A DNA stretch of 64,000 bases from the human T2T-CHM13v2.0 reference genome, Homo sapiens, in assembly GCF_009914755.1 (NCBI RefSeq), contig NC_060947.1; one strand, given 5' to 3'. Numbering within the stretch: position 1 is the stretch's first letter; each line of letters opens with the position of its first letter. Of this stretch, positions 52,185 through 64,000 are shown piece after piece. Position numbers and translations under genes: made by a program. Under the pieces are notes generated by a model that did not search any database, was not told the DNA's origin, and was given only the letters and a program-made list of their open reading frames with translations.

Positions 52185-53133
52185 TAACATTACTTTCAAT
52201 ATTATTAGTTGTGTTAAGTAAAAACCAAATTCTGAAGTTAAGTCATGAGGTAAAATTTTAAATAATTATAGCATAAAGGCACAGAAATGTTGCAAAAATA
52301 ATTATCAAAAAATTCTATGAAAGTATTAGTGACAAGAAAGCTATATTAATATCAAACAAAATATTCTTAGGACAAAAGACATTGTTAGCATTAAAGAACT
52401 TCCCTTAATCACACTGCAATGTTTATCTCACCAAGAAAATATTAATTCTAAATTTTAATGTACTTAATATAGTCTCAAAGTAAATAAGGTGAAAATGACA
52501 ATTAATAGAGAAATAGCAAAAAAATCAGTTAGTGATTTTAATACATTTTTCTCAAAAATTCATAGAGCAAGTAGTAAAGATAAAGAAACTTTAAACAAGA
52601 ATTAGAAGACTTTACATAAATAATGTCTATATAATAGTGAATTCAACAGCAGATTACATATTTTTTAAAGGACTAAAAAATAGGTAAGGAGATTATAGAT
52701 TGCCTATATATAGATACTTTATTTATGACCAAAATGGCACTTAAAGCAATGGGAATAGAAGAGTCTTTTCAATGAATTGTGGTGAGAAACCTGGTTAAAT
52801 ATATGGAAGAAAATGAAATTGGATCTCATTACTACACCATACACAAATATCAATTTCAGTTCTAGTAATACAAAATAGTGAAAGGTAAAAATGTAAAAGC
52901 TTCGAATAAATTAAAGGAAAATATTATATTGAATTTAGAGTAGGGTAAGATTTTCTAAACAAAACATGTAAAGCATTCACCATAAAGGAAAACATGGCTG
53001 AATCTGACTGGAGAAAAATGAAGAACCTCTGTTCACCAAAAGACAGCAAAAAAGAATGAAAAGACAAGCCATGAAGTGAATGAATATATGTGAAAAAGTT
53101 ACGACCAAAAAAGGACTAGTATAAAAACAGATA

Positions 53134-53400
53134 GGCTGGGTGTGGTGGTTTACGCCTGTAATCTCAGCACTTTGGGAGGCCGAGGCATGCGTAACTCGAG
53201 GTCAGGAGACGGAGACCATCCTGGCTAACACGGTGAAACCCCGTCTCCACTAAACATACAACAAATTAGCCGGGTGCGGTGGCGGGCGCCTGTAGCCCCA
53301 GTCTGGAGGCTGAGGCAGGAGAATGGCGTGAACCCAGGAGGCGGAGCTTACAGTGAGCTGAGATTGTGCCACTGCACTTCACCCAGACAGAGAGAAAAAG
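53134..53400 (+). mobile_element. AluY-like, 3' end degraded
   Basis: gagaccatcctggctaacacggtgaaaccccg and ggagaatggcgtgaaccc; no clear A tail. Confidence 0.88.
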
Positions 53401-53512
53401 AGAGAGATCCTAGTACAAAAATAGCAAAAGACATGAAGATATACGTTATGAAAGAAAATATCCAAATAATGTGTAAAATTAAATTATAAAATGATTCTTA
53501 AATTCATTAGTA

Positions 53513-53630
53513 GACAAGGCACAGTAGCTCACACCTATAATCCCAGCATTTTGGGAGGCTGAGGTAAAAGGATCCCTTGAGCCCAGTAGTTTGAAACCAG
53601 CCTGGATAACATAGTGAGATCCCCCCTCTA

Positions 53631-53667
<37 letters not shown>

Positions 53668-53850
53668 AAAAGAAAAATTAGATGGGTGTGGTGGAATAGC
53701 TAGGAGTTCCACCTAGCTATTCAGTCGGTTGAGGTGGAAGGGTCACTTGAGACCAAGGGGTCAAGGCTGCAGTCAGCTGTGGTTGTGCCATTGCACTCCA
53801 GCCTGGAAAACAGAGTAAAACCCTGTCTCAAATAAATAAATAAAAATAAA
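53513..53850 (+). mobile_element. AluJ with expanded central poly(A)
   Basis: J-type motifs (ttgagcccag; ggctgcagtcagctgtg); TSD aaattcattagta at 53500-53512 and 53857-53869. Confidence 0.9.
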
Positions 53851-54879
53851 TTTTGAAAATTCATTAGTATTCAGGGAAATGTAAATTAAAACCAAAATAA
53901 GATAGCTGTGTATACCCCCATGTTTGCTGGCTGGCAAAATCAATTTTAAAATTTCAGATCTAGGAGCTTTAGGGCAGATATTACAAAAATAATAAAAATA
54001 ACACTATTATGTATTAAGAATGTAGGGAAACACAATCTCATGTAATCTGATGGTTGGACTTTAAATTTCTATGACCTCCCACCAAAAAATAATTGCTATT
54101 TTCCAGAAAATTTGAGGATATGCATATCCTAATACCAGTCAGTTTAACTGCAAGTTACACACATAGAAAAGCTCATTAACATTAATGTGAGACTACTGTT
54201 TCAAAAATATTCTTAGAAATATCATTTGTAATTATCAGAAACTGTACATTTGAAATATTAAACTATAGTGGTATTCTAAATTTTGATATATTGAGCCTAG
54301 GGAATATTATACAACAGTAAAAATGCAAAACAAAATGATAAATACAAACATAATATAGGGTGAAAAATCAAGACACAGGAGAATGTAAGCAATTCTACAT
54401 TTATGTAAAGTTCAGTAACAGGTAAAACATAAAGGGTAGTATGTAGGAATGCAAATATAGTTGGTAAAATTGCAAAGAGATGTGAGAAGAAATAGTACCA
54501 TAAAAGCCAGGACTCTGAGAAAAAGCCAGGTTCTCTCTGATGTTTACAGGTATTTATGAATGTATTTTAAACTCTCAATTTACATTTCAGGTCCATTTTC
54601 TCTAAGTATGTGTTATGCCACAATTTAATTTTTTCCCCATTTTCATAAAGGAAGGAGTAATTAACTTGGTCAAGTACAGAAAGAGTAGGATGAGGGCTGA
54701 GAATTGACAACTGAACTTAGTGTTAAGGAGGCAACTCGATATATGTCAGTTTGAGAATGGAGACCACTCTTTATATTTCTTTTATAATAATTTTGGTACC
54801 CACATTGGAGCTAAACAGAACTATACCAAATACCAGTCTCTGCTTTTTATCAGCTGAATGACATTAAATATTTATGCAT

Positions 54880-55005
54880 TCTCCATCTCAGTTTATTTGC
54901 TTATAAAATAGAAGCACAATACTTGCCTGACTGTGTTATATTGAATAAACTGATGGAGTAAAAATTATTTATGTCTGACATATAGAAGGCATTCAGTAAA
55001 TGTTT
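54880..55005 (+). mobile_element. MIR fragment
   Basis: tctcagtttatttgcttataaaatagaa...gtctgacatatagaaggcattcagtaaatgtt. Confidence 0.5.
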
Positions 55006-55159
55006 AACGTCCTACAATCCAGTTTGGTAAGCAAGTGATTATAAACATATGTTGATTTTTCACTTTTACTTGACAGGAAGTAAAAATTATAAATAAAAAT
55101 ATTTAAATTAAAATTTACATGTTCCCTAGACTGATGTTAAGTGACGCTTCAGAATGTTA

Positions 55160-55885
55160 CTTTTTAAATTAATACTTAATATTTTTACATGTTTATGGGG
55201 TACATGTGATATTCTGTTATATGCATAGAATATGTAATGATAATTCAGAATATTTAGAATATCCTTCACGTTGAATATTTATCATTTGTGTGTTAGGAAC
55301 ATTTGAAGTCTTCTGTTCCAGCTGTTTTCAAATTGACAATACATTATTGTTAACTATAGTCACTCTATTCTGCTATCAAACATTATAACTTATTCTATCT
55401 AACTGTACGTTTGTATCCATTAACTAATCTCTCTTCATCCCCCCAACCCAAATACACTTTCCAGCTTCTGTTATCTATCATTCTTCTATCTTAATGAGAT
55501 CAATTTTTAGAGCTCCCACATATGAATGAGAACATGTGATATTCGTAATTCTGTGACTGGCTTATTTCATAATGATTTGCAGTTACATCCATGTTGTTGC
55601 AAATTACATGCTTTCATTCTTTTTTATGAGCAAACGGTATTGCATTGTGTATACATACCACATTTTCTTTATGCATTCATCCATTGATTGATACAGGTTG
55701 ATTCCATATTTTTGCTATTCTGAATAGTGCTGCAATAAATATAGGGGTGTATTATCCTTTTGATATTCTAATTTCCTTTGCTTTGGATAAATGCTCAGTA
55801 ATGGGATTGCTGGGTTAGTTTTGTGAGAAATCTTCATACTTTTTTTCATAGTGGCTTTACTAACTCAATTTCCACCAACAGTCAG
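55160..55885 (-). mobile_element. L1MA 3' end
   Basis: tttatggggtacatgtgatattctgttatatgcatagaat...ctcccacatatgaatgagaacatg. Confidence 0.85.
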
Positions 55886-56129
55886 GCAGTCTTTTTTAAC
55901 CAGATGCTTCAAAATCCTACCGCTTATGTCAACAACATCTATAAGATATGGGCGTTCTTCAGCTATTAAACTCAAGCTGAAAATCTATGAAAATAGAGTA
56001 AGGTTTGCAGAACTCTCTCATTCAGTCTAAACCTCTGTACAAAGAGATGACCAAACCCTGGCATGGCTTCTAATAGCATAAGGCCATGTCCCTAAGATCA
56101 TCCCAGACCCCTACTAAAAAGAGATCTAT

Positions 56130-56345
56130 TGTACAACATGGTTACTATAAAAACATTGTACTGTGCACTTGAACATTAATGAGAGTACATTTTAAGTGTT
56201 CTCACATGCCTGGTAAGTATGTGAGGTAATGGATATGTTAATTGGTTTGATTTAGTCATTCCACAATGTATACGTATTTCAAAACACCATGTTGTACACC
56301 ATCAATATATGCAATTTGTATTCATCAATTTAAAAAAATAAAAAT
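56130..56345 (+). mobile_element. L1MA 3' end fragment
   Basis: gtgaggtaatggatatgttaattggtttgatttagtcattccacaatgtatac... followed by an A tail. Confidence 0.8.
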
Positions 56346-56639
56346 TGGAAAAAACAAAGCCTTCCCTAGAAAGCTCAATGCTGCAGGAGAACTGTTTGTT
56401 CTATTCCATACCTGGTGATAGGCCTCTTACCTCCCTTTCTAAGAACATTTACCAAAAAGGTCTTACAATTGTAAATCTTTACTCTGTCTCCTTGAGATGT
56501 ATACAAATCTCTAAGATTCTGGAGTGTCTTTCTCAAGGATTTGAAAATCAATCATTTCAAATGTAATAATTCAGAAGGATAGGGTCTCTGTTGTCCAGTC
56601 TCTTTGCCAGGATAGAACCTTAACTTTGATTGTTGCCAG

Positions 56640-57532
56640 TGAGAGGTGACAACGTGCTAGCAGCCCTTGCTTGCTCTGGGCGCCTCCTCGGCCTTCGCGT
56701 CTGCTCTGGCCGCGCTGGAGGAGCCCTTCAGCCTGCCACTGAGCTGTGGGGGCCCCTCTCTGGGGCTGGACGAGGCCGGAGCCAGCTCCCTCTGCTCGCG
56801 GGGGAGGTGTGGAGGGGGAAGTGTGGAGGGGGAAGTGTCGGCTCCGCCGGGGCTGCGTGCACCACTGTTGGCGCCGCTTCTCGGTGGGCGCGGGTGGGCT
56901 CCTCAGGCCCACACTCGGCGCCGCCGGCTGGGCATGCTGGGGCTGGCACGTGCTGGGGTTGATCGGGTAATGAGCTCCCTCTGGGCTGCCGGAGTGCCAG
57001 TGGCGAGTGCCAGTGAGAGGTGAAGCCGGCTGGGCTTCCAAGATGGGTAGGGACTTGGAGAACTTTTCTGTCTAGCTAAAGGTTTGTAAACGCACCAATC
57101 AGCACTCTGTCAAAACGGACCAATCAGCTCTCTGTAAAATGGACCAATCAGCTCTCTGTAAAATGGACCAATCAGCTCTCTGTAAAATGGACCAATCAGC
57201 AGGATGTGGGTGGGGCCAGATAAGGGAATAAAAGCAGGCCACCCAGCCGGCAGTGGCAACCCGCTGGCATTCGTTCCACTCTGTGGAGCTTTTGTTCTTT
57301 TGCCCTTCCCAGTAAATCTTATTGCTGCTCACTCTTAGGGACTGTGCTGCCTTTATGAGCTGTAACACTCACGGTGAAGGTCTGTAGCTTTGCTCCTGAG
57401 GCTAGCAAGACCACAAACCCACCAGAAGAAAGGAACAACTCCAGAGGCCCAGCCTTTAAGACCTGTAACAGCAGGGTCCACAGCTTCATTCTTGAAGTCA
57501 GCCAGACCAAGAACCCACCAATTCCGGACACA
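56640..57532 (+). mobile_element. Solo LTR12 (ERV9)
   Basis: Starts tgagaggtgacaacgtgct and ends accaattccggacaca; 4-bp TSD ccag; CpG-rich U3 and CCAAT repeats. Confidence 0.95.
57093..57235 (+). promoter_or_regulatory. LTR12 promoter: five CCAAT (NF-Y) boxes, mostly in 24-bp tandem units, then GATA and AATAAAA (TATA-like) motifs
   Basis: (ggaccaatcagctctctgtaaaat)x3 plus flanking accaatcagc; gataagggaataaaagc. This is the known ERV9 promoter layout; activity is not shown. Confidence 0.75.
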
Positions 57533-58641
57533 CCAGCAAGCAGACACAGCTGGCCTCATCATACTTACACTGAGTAACCCTTTCTAATTTTTTACTTAAT
57601 CCCCCATTCACTCTCCCTCCCTTCTCTCTCATTCTTGTTTTAAACTCTCCAGTCACCTGCGAACAAATCTGAGTGGAGCTCAGCTCTTTCTTTACTGTCA
57701 GTAGTTGCTAAGTAAAATCTGTTTGTACTATCTTTGAAAAAACATGAAAATTTCCCAAACATCTATTGTCTTAGGAGAAATAGTCCTAGCAGCAACAAGC
57801 AGCAAACAAGCACATATTTCATTACATATTGCAGTATTTGCAATAGCAGCAAACAATCAGGTGTTTCATTCAGTAATAATACTGTGAAATAAAACATTCC
57901 TTAAGTACCTGGCACTTAATGAATATGTTGTGGATGTGGAGATGAAGGAAGAACATAGGAGTAGCACCCAGCAACAGAAGGAAAGTGAGAAAAGCCAAAA
58001 GGAAAAGTAGTAGAAATCTTACCAAGTTACTTCGGATAAGGCAAAATGTCTAAAGGCATAACTCTCTGCTTTGGCTCTAAGCGTAAGTGAAATACGAATG
58101 GAAATTCAAGAGAAATGCTTCTCCAAAAGCAAAATGTAACAGAAAACAAACTCACAGTTGAAAATAACAAAGTCAGTAATAATTATGTATGTGGAGAGGT
58201 TTTCCATTTTTGTGTAGATAAAAAACTGAAAGTGTCAGTTAAAGAAAAGTTTGAAGGTAGAACTGAAAAAAATTATGTGGTCATATGGCCATAAGATAGG
58301 TTAAACTTGCATCTTTTTTCTCATAATAGAGCAAAAAGATGTCCTTCGAAATTTAATATGCATGCAGAACACATAAATGAAATTTTTATTTTACAAATAG
58401 AGTAATAAACTTCTGCAGTATACTACCACAAAAAGAGAACAAGGGAAAATATTACATTCAAGAAAGTTTTAGATGAATCAGTAGATGCCAGAAACATAAC
58501 TTTCTATAGGAAACTTTTTGAGGTTGACAACCATATTTATTGCCCAGTGACCAAATCAATGGATATTAAGCTTGTAAGATTATTTGTTTGATTAGTATGT
58601 CATGGTTTACATACAGACACACTGTAGTTGTCCTTACCCAC

Positions 58642-59067
58642 TGTGTTAGCTTGTTAGGGCGCCTATAACAAACTACCACAGATTGGGTGACTTAAACAAC
58701 AGAAATGAACTGAAAAGTCTCACAATTTTGGAGGCTAAAAGTCCAAAATCAAAGCAGGTGAAGGTTGGTTCCTTCTGAGGGATGTAAAGGAAGGAAGCCT
58801 TTCTCTTGATGGCTTTCTCTTTCGCTTTCAGATCGGTATCATATCTATGTCTCTTCACATGTTCTTCCTTCTATGCGGGTTTCTGTGTTCAAATTTCTTC
58901 TTATTTTAAGCCTACAAGTCATATTGAATTAGGTCCCACCCTAGCGACTTTATTTGAACTTGATTACTCTTTGAAGACCCAATTTTCAAATAAAGTCGCA
59001 TCTTGAGGTACTGGGGGATAGGATTTCAACAAATAAGTTTGAGGGGAACACAATTGAATCTGTAACA
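58642..59067 (-). mobile_element. Solo MLT1 (A/B/C-like) LTR
   Basis: tgtgttagcttgttaggg...ctaccacagattgggtgacttaaacaacagaaat...ggggaacacaattgaatctgtaaca. Confidence 0.85.
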
Positions 59068-59206
59068 TACACTAATATAGTAACTGATATAATACAATAA
59101 TCCTTTTGACTATTTTTCCTTAAAATGGGAAAGCTTCATTTTACAATTAAAACACTGAAAGTGCTATTTCTTGCTGTTTTCAAAGTAGCATTTTCTTTAT
59201 TTTTTT

Positions 59207-59240
59207 GTGTGTTCGTGTGTGTGTGTGTGTGCGCGCGCGC
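59207..59240. repeat. (GT)n(GC)n alternating purine-pyrimidine tract
   Basis: gtgtgttcgtgtgtgtgtgtgtgtgcgcgcgcgc. Confidence 0.9.
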
Positions 59241-60614
59241 AAAGGGGTCGGAGAACAGAATCACTTTACCGCACTGCATTTGTGAATGGCTTCATTGCTT
59301 CTTATTATCATTTCCGAATCAATATTATTGGTTTGAAATTTTCCACTCTCCTTTGTCGATACTTATCTTTGACACAGGACATGCTATTTTGATCCTGTCA
59401 TTTAGCTCCCTGAATATATTTGCCTTTCATGGTTGTGTTCTTGTATAAATTTAAAATTACAGAACAAATCATACTCCAGCAGACTCTCTTTATAACAAAT
59501 TACGAAATAAAAGAAACTTTCAATAGTACTCATATTTTTGTGAATAATATCTGGCTTCTAATATACAGGAAGGGATTTTATCTCCAAAAGAGATATTAGT
59601 AGAACAGAGAGTTTATAATTCAAATAGTTCCATTTAATACAGCAGATGGCAATGTTACTGAAATTGAAACAAGTGCAAAAATAGTACAGAGCATCATAAG
59701 CACAGATTTGTTTATTTCTTATAATTGATTTGAATAAATACATTAAAATTGAATTTACTTGATTTTACTACACATCTGTCAATTCAGCCTTCTGTTTAGA
59801 TCATGGAAAAAAATGCTGTTGTTAATGTTTGAAATTAATTGGAAGAATTTTGCTAAAATTTGGCTTCTCAAAATTTGGGGATGACATACGTACATCACAA
59901 ATATTATTCCAGGCCTGAAAAATTGTGTCACTTTAATAGTAGAAATGAAATTTCTATACAATTCTATCCATATTCAATTCAAGCCTGAAATGTATGTTTA
60001 TTTTCAAGTTGATATGAAAATACCTACTACTTCAGAGGTGATGGAAGTCATTTATTATTTAGAATTATGACATTGGTATGTGTTTCAATGTCCATCGGGT
60101 CAGGAAGTTTGCTTGTCACTGGGAAGTTTATCTACAGTGTTTATTGCTGATTAAATTACATCATTGAATTATAATTCACTACAGTTTCACCTCACATTAA
60201 AAGTGATGGTTGGTTGACCAAATGCATTCCAATATCTTTATATGCTTTGTGTACGTCCTTGTGTAGATATGACTCTGTGGGCACTAGGAACCTAGGAAGT
60301 ACCAGACTAAAGTTGGCAAATATGCAAATGACTGTCAGACTCATAAGGCTGTGGCAAAAAAATAAAGAGTGGTCTTACTAGTGGATAAAGGGAGAGGTCA
60401 GAATAGTGGAAAAATAAGAAAGACTAAGTGCATGGAATTAAAAGTGTCATAAATAAGACTCTGGACCTTCAGAATATTTGGGTAGAGGTGAACCAACAAG
60501 CCTGAATTATTTTTTCACTTGGGAATAACTGCAAAATGAAATACTGAATCTGTGTACTGAGCTGCATATCCAGTTGTGGATAAATTAAAAAAAGAAGAGG
60601 AAAAGTGTTCATTC

Positions 60615-60800
60615 TTGTGCCAGTTATTGTGTTAGGTACCTTAAACAGAGTATCTTCCTTCATCCCCTAAAAATTCCTGTGAAGTGAATGTTATTACCTT
60701 AATTTTACAGAAAATAATGGCATGTTTTAAGGAGACTAAATAGTAGGTCCAAAGCTATATAATTAATAAGTGGTGACATAAACAATCAAATCTAGGTATG
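60615..60800 (-). mobile_element. MIR fragment
   Basis: cctgtgaagtgaatgttattaccttaattttacagaaaa...gtccaaagctatataattaataagtgg. Confidence 0.55.
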
Positions 60801-60925
60801 ATTATATTAATTAGGCTCCAAGTTCATAAGGAGACTAAATAATAGGTCCAAAGCTATATAATTAATAAGTGGTGACAAAAACAATCAAATCTAGGTATGA
60901 TTATATTAATTAGGATCCAAGTTCA
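60728..60925. repeat. 99-bp tandem duplication, 2 copies
   Basis: Copies at 60728-60826 and 60827-60925 differ at 3 positions. Confidence 0.95.
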
Positions 60926-61350
60926 GAAGCTGTAACAAATACTGAAAGAATCATGACTTAAAGCAGGATGGAAGTCTAAATAATAGTCTGAATGTAAATT
61001 ACAGAGCTAATATGGTTGCTTTACTTTGTCAGGGCCGCTACTACCTTAATGTTCTATCATTTTCAATTGTGACTTTCATTTCATAGATTAAGATTTCTGC
61101 TTTAGCTCCATTCTTTATGTTTGTATTCTAGCCAGTGGGAGGGAGAAAAGGGAAAATGGAGGGTAATCCCCTACTCTTTAAGGATACTACTCTGAAGTTG
61201 CACACATCACTTCAATTTACATGGCTGCCTCTACTGCAATGGAGGCTTACAAATATTTTTAGCTGGTGGCCATGAGTCCAGTTAAAATGTGAGGATTCTA
61301 TTACAAAAGAGATAAAAATAGAATGGGTACTGGGAGATAGCTAGCAGACC
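60902..61350 (-). mobile_element. Ancient MLT1 (K/L-like) LTR
   Basis: ctgaagttgcacacatcacttc...catggctgcctctactgcaatggaggct...gaggattctattacaaaag. Confidence 0.55.
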
Positions 61351-63462
61351 CCATGGCCTGTGTATTTAAAATTAACATCTTTCCCTCTATGAGTCAACGT
61401 TATTGTTCTTTCCCTTTACTCAGTGTCATAAGTGAAGATGTTAGTCCCAGGCCTAGGTACAGTTTTTTCTTCTTGATTACCGTGAGACAATCTGAATACT
61501 TCTAAAAGAAGTTTGACATAATGGGGTAAGTTTCCTAAAACCTTTCGTCTACAACTTTAGAAGCTTGTGTTTCAGTTTTCAAGGCTGGTCTTCGTAAGTC
61601 CAGTTAGTTCAGTGTAGAAGAAGACTCTATTAATCTATGACTCCAGGGTACAACAGATTATACATTGACAAAGCTTTTAGGTAAAAGATGTAATCATGTC
61701 TTATTTTGTACTTCCAATTTAGATGCTGGTTTCTCAACAATATGTTTCATTATTTTGGAAAGAGAGGTACCAGAAAATGTCTGTAAATCAGTTTTTAAAA
61801 ACTCAATCTTTTTTCATTATTGTCCCATAAGGAGTCTTTTTAAACTTTTTTTCCTAATCACTAGTTTTCCCCCATCCCCACCAAATTTTAATACTGCGAA
61901 TTTATTGCATATTCTTGAAGTAGTATAGTCTTTTGGAGGAACACAAACCATTATAACATATAAGGCTTTTCATCTTCCAAGGTCATCCCCTTAAGGTCAA
62001 ACTTGCCTCCCTTAATAATGCATGTGGTAAAGTAACCTGAAGACTTTATCCCACTCATCTTTAAGCGCTTTCTGTCTCAATTTCTTTAGAAATTATAGCC
62101 ATCACTATTTTGAATCTGTTGGAAGGACCATCCATGTTAACTCAATATCCTACTTTGGCTCTGCTAACTGGACCTGATAACTCAGAAATAACCTAGTTTA
62201 TGACAGATCTTTCTCTTATTATATCCCCTACCTTTTGCAGCCATTATGTATAGGTACATTTCAAAGGAAAATTGAAGTGATTGTCTTGGATGATTTGGGA
62301 GACTTAGGCACGAACCATCATTCTTTCCAGGGAGAGAAAGAACTTCTTGGAAGTTAAAGAGTGGAACTATAGAATTACTTGACAAATTGCTTCCTGATTG
62401 ACTAATACTGATTTATTACACATTACTACTGAACCGTAAACCAGCTAGTTGTATCTGCTCTTAGGTCACAGAAGAAATTATGGCTTATACTCCAAAGGAA
62501 TACTTTGGAGAATTTCATCACTTTGGAAAGGGTCACGCAGGTGAGCTTGAGAGGTTTAATTGAATTTCTCTGGCATATGAGATTTTGTTTGTTCATATTT
62601 TATTTTATGTAGGGGGAGGATGCCATGTAGCAAAACTTCAGAAGGTATTATTACATTATAGCCTATGTAAATGGTCCCTTAGTGTTGTTCAGTGTATATA
62701 CTATGTAGCCATACATTGCATCCCTTGCAGGCAGGATCTGTTTTTGTAGCAAATTAGTTACTCTATTAATGAAGATACACTGATATAAATTTGGAAGCCT
62801 GGAGAACTACTTAGGGCAGTGGCAGTCATCTTTCTGTGCTAAGAAAAGGTAGAGGCAGAATAAGTTGAAAAACATAGGTGATATATACTCAATGTTTTGA
62901 AAAAATATACATCCAATGTTGAAGACTTGGCAAGATCAATGATCTTCAAATATCTTGCAGTACCTTCTATAAGAGTTTTGTAAATGTTCTCCCCTTGCAT
63001 ATTTTTAAATTGACATCTAAAACGTGATCATTGGTTTAAATAGTTGCAATACTTGTAATCACTAGAATATTGTAAATATTAAATTTTAAAACAAAACATT
63101 ACAATACTCTTTTAAATGAATTTATAGGAATATAAATGCCACATCATCAATATAATACACACTATTGTCCATTTAAAAATGAGTGAACAAGTTCATTTTT
63201 GTCAGATGGATATTTTACGTTTTTATCCTGCTTATTGAACTTGTATTTCCATTTCATTTCCCCCACAAAATTTTATCTTATGACAATGTATTTTATGCCT
63301 GAGAGTATTTTATACATGACCCTAACATACTCTTTGGAAATAAAATATGTGTATAAGTTAACTTTTAAAAAATTTCCTGTAGCATTAAGCCTCTCAGGAA
63401 TAAGATATTTTACTCTGGATTAAGTTATCATTACAATTAGCAGTAGTAAATTGTTCATTAGA

Positions 63463-63512
63463 CATATATATACACATATATATGTGTATATATATATAGA
63501 GAGAGAGAGAGA
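63463..63512. repeat. (TA)n(GA)n microsatellite
   Basis: Direct inspection. Confidence 0.9.
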
Positions 63513-64000
63513 ATATTTAAATATGTAATATTAAATACTAAACATTTATTGGAAATGCATTTCCTAATGAGATGGATAGACTTATTTTCAATTAGTTTAT
63601 GTACCTGTGAATGATTATTACTTATTGCTAGAATGAGACTAAGTTAAACATAATTTCTATTTTTAATTTCAATTTAGATAGACAGAAGCACTGAGAAAAC
63701 ATAGAGAAGCACTGAGAAAATTCATACATGTAAAGAAATGGAAATTTTTTATAGCAATGTCACTTTTCTTTAATCACTTTTTGACTTGTAGGTCAAAGAT
63801 CTTCTAGTGATGCATCCTCACAATTTATTTTTAATTATATATAAGATAACATTAAGTAAAGAACTATAAATAATGTAACTTAAAAAATTGTTTACCTATC
63901 ATTAGCCTTGTGATTTCTATTTTTAATTTTTTTTTTAATTTGGTCTTCAGATCGCTGTCTTGAGAGTGGCTGTTTCAAGATAGCCACTCTATAGGAGAGT

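Larger units (their letters stand above)
52300..54500 (+). mobile_element. Ancient L1ME-like fragments interrupted by two Alus
   Basis: Decayed ORF2 and 3' motifs (agtcttttcaatgaattgtggtgagaaacctgg; cacaccatacacaaa; cagggaaatgtaaattaaaacc). Confidence 0.65.
55890..57735 (+). mobile_element. Old ERV1 LTR (MER31-like) split by an L1MA fragment and LTR12
   Basis: gatgaccaaaccctggcatggcttc...; aaccttaactttgattgttgccag | caagcagacacagctggcct continues across LTR12; ends tgtcagtagttgctaagtaaaatctg. Confidence 0.55.

Noticed and set aside
56571-57587. Many overlapping ORFs of up to 156 aa
   Set aside because: GC-rich LTR12 sequence is depleted of stop codons; the repeated ADWSILQR is the 24-bp CCAAT repeat.
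62182-62385. Short ORF in unique sequence
   Set aside because: No recognisable domain or splice context.
63684-63720. 16-bp direct repeat agaagcactgagaaaa with a 21-bp period
   Set aside because: Ordinary small slippage duplication; the spacer is too short for an insertion with a TSD.

Overview
This is AT-rich primate (very likely human) genomic DNA made mostly of interspersed repeats. It is L1- and LTR-dense and Alu-poor, with only three Alus. I found no supportable host protein-coding gene; nearly all listed ORFs are decayed L1, ERV or MaLR frames or chance ORFs. The main elements are: an env-less betaretrovirus-like provirus (HERV-K14/HML-1 type, 35251-41779, minus strand) inside a long L1MA; a one-LTR HERV-L/MLT2A element; two complete THE1 elements; an MST element; ERV1 pol/env remnants; solo LTR22-like and LTR12 LTRs; and many nested L1s. 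I do not see a new multi-gene system. The noteworthy signals record retrotransposition and repair events: four twin-priming L1 inversions, a probable L1 3' transduction of a MER21 piece, a tailless 5'-half tRNA-Gly(TCC) retrocopy with a TSD, a 28S rRNA-like filler at a deletion junction, a perfect 29-bp locally templated insertion, a HERV-L truncated at an internal CA with an intact TSD, and a mosaic 3' region in the HML-1 provirus. Subfamily names come from recalled consensus motifs and need Dfam/RepeatMasker confirmation.
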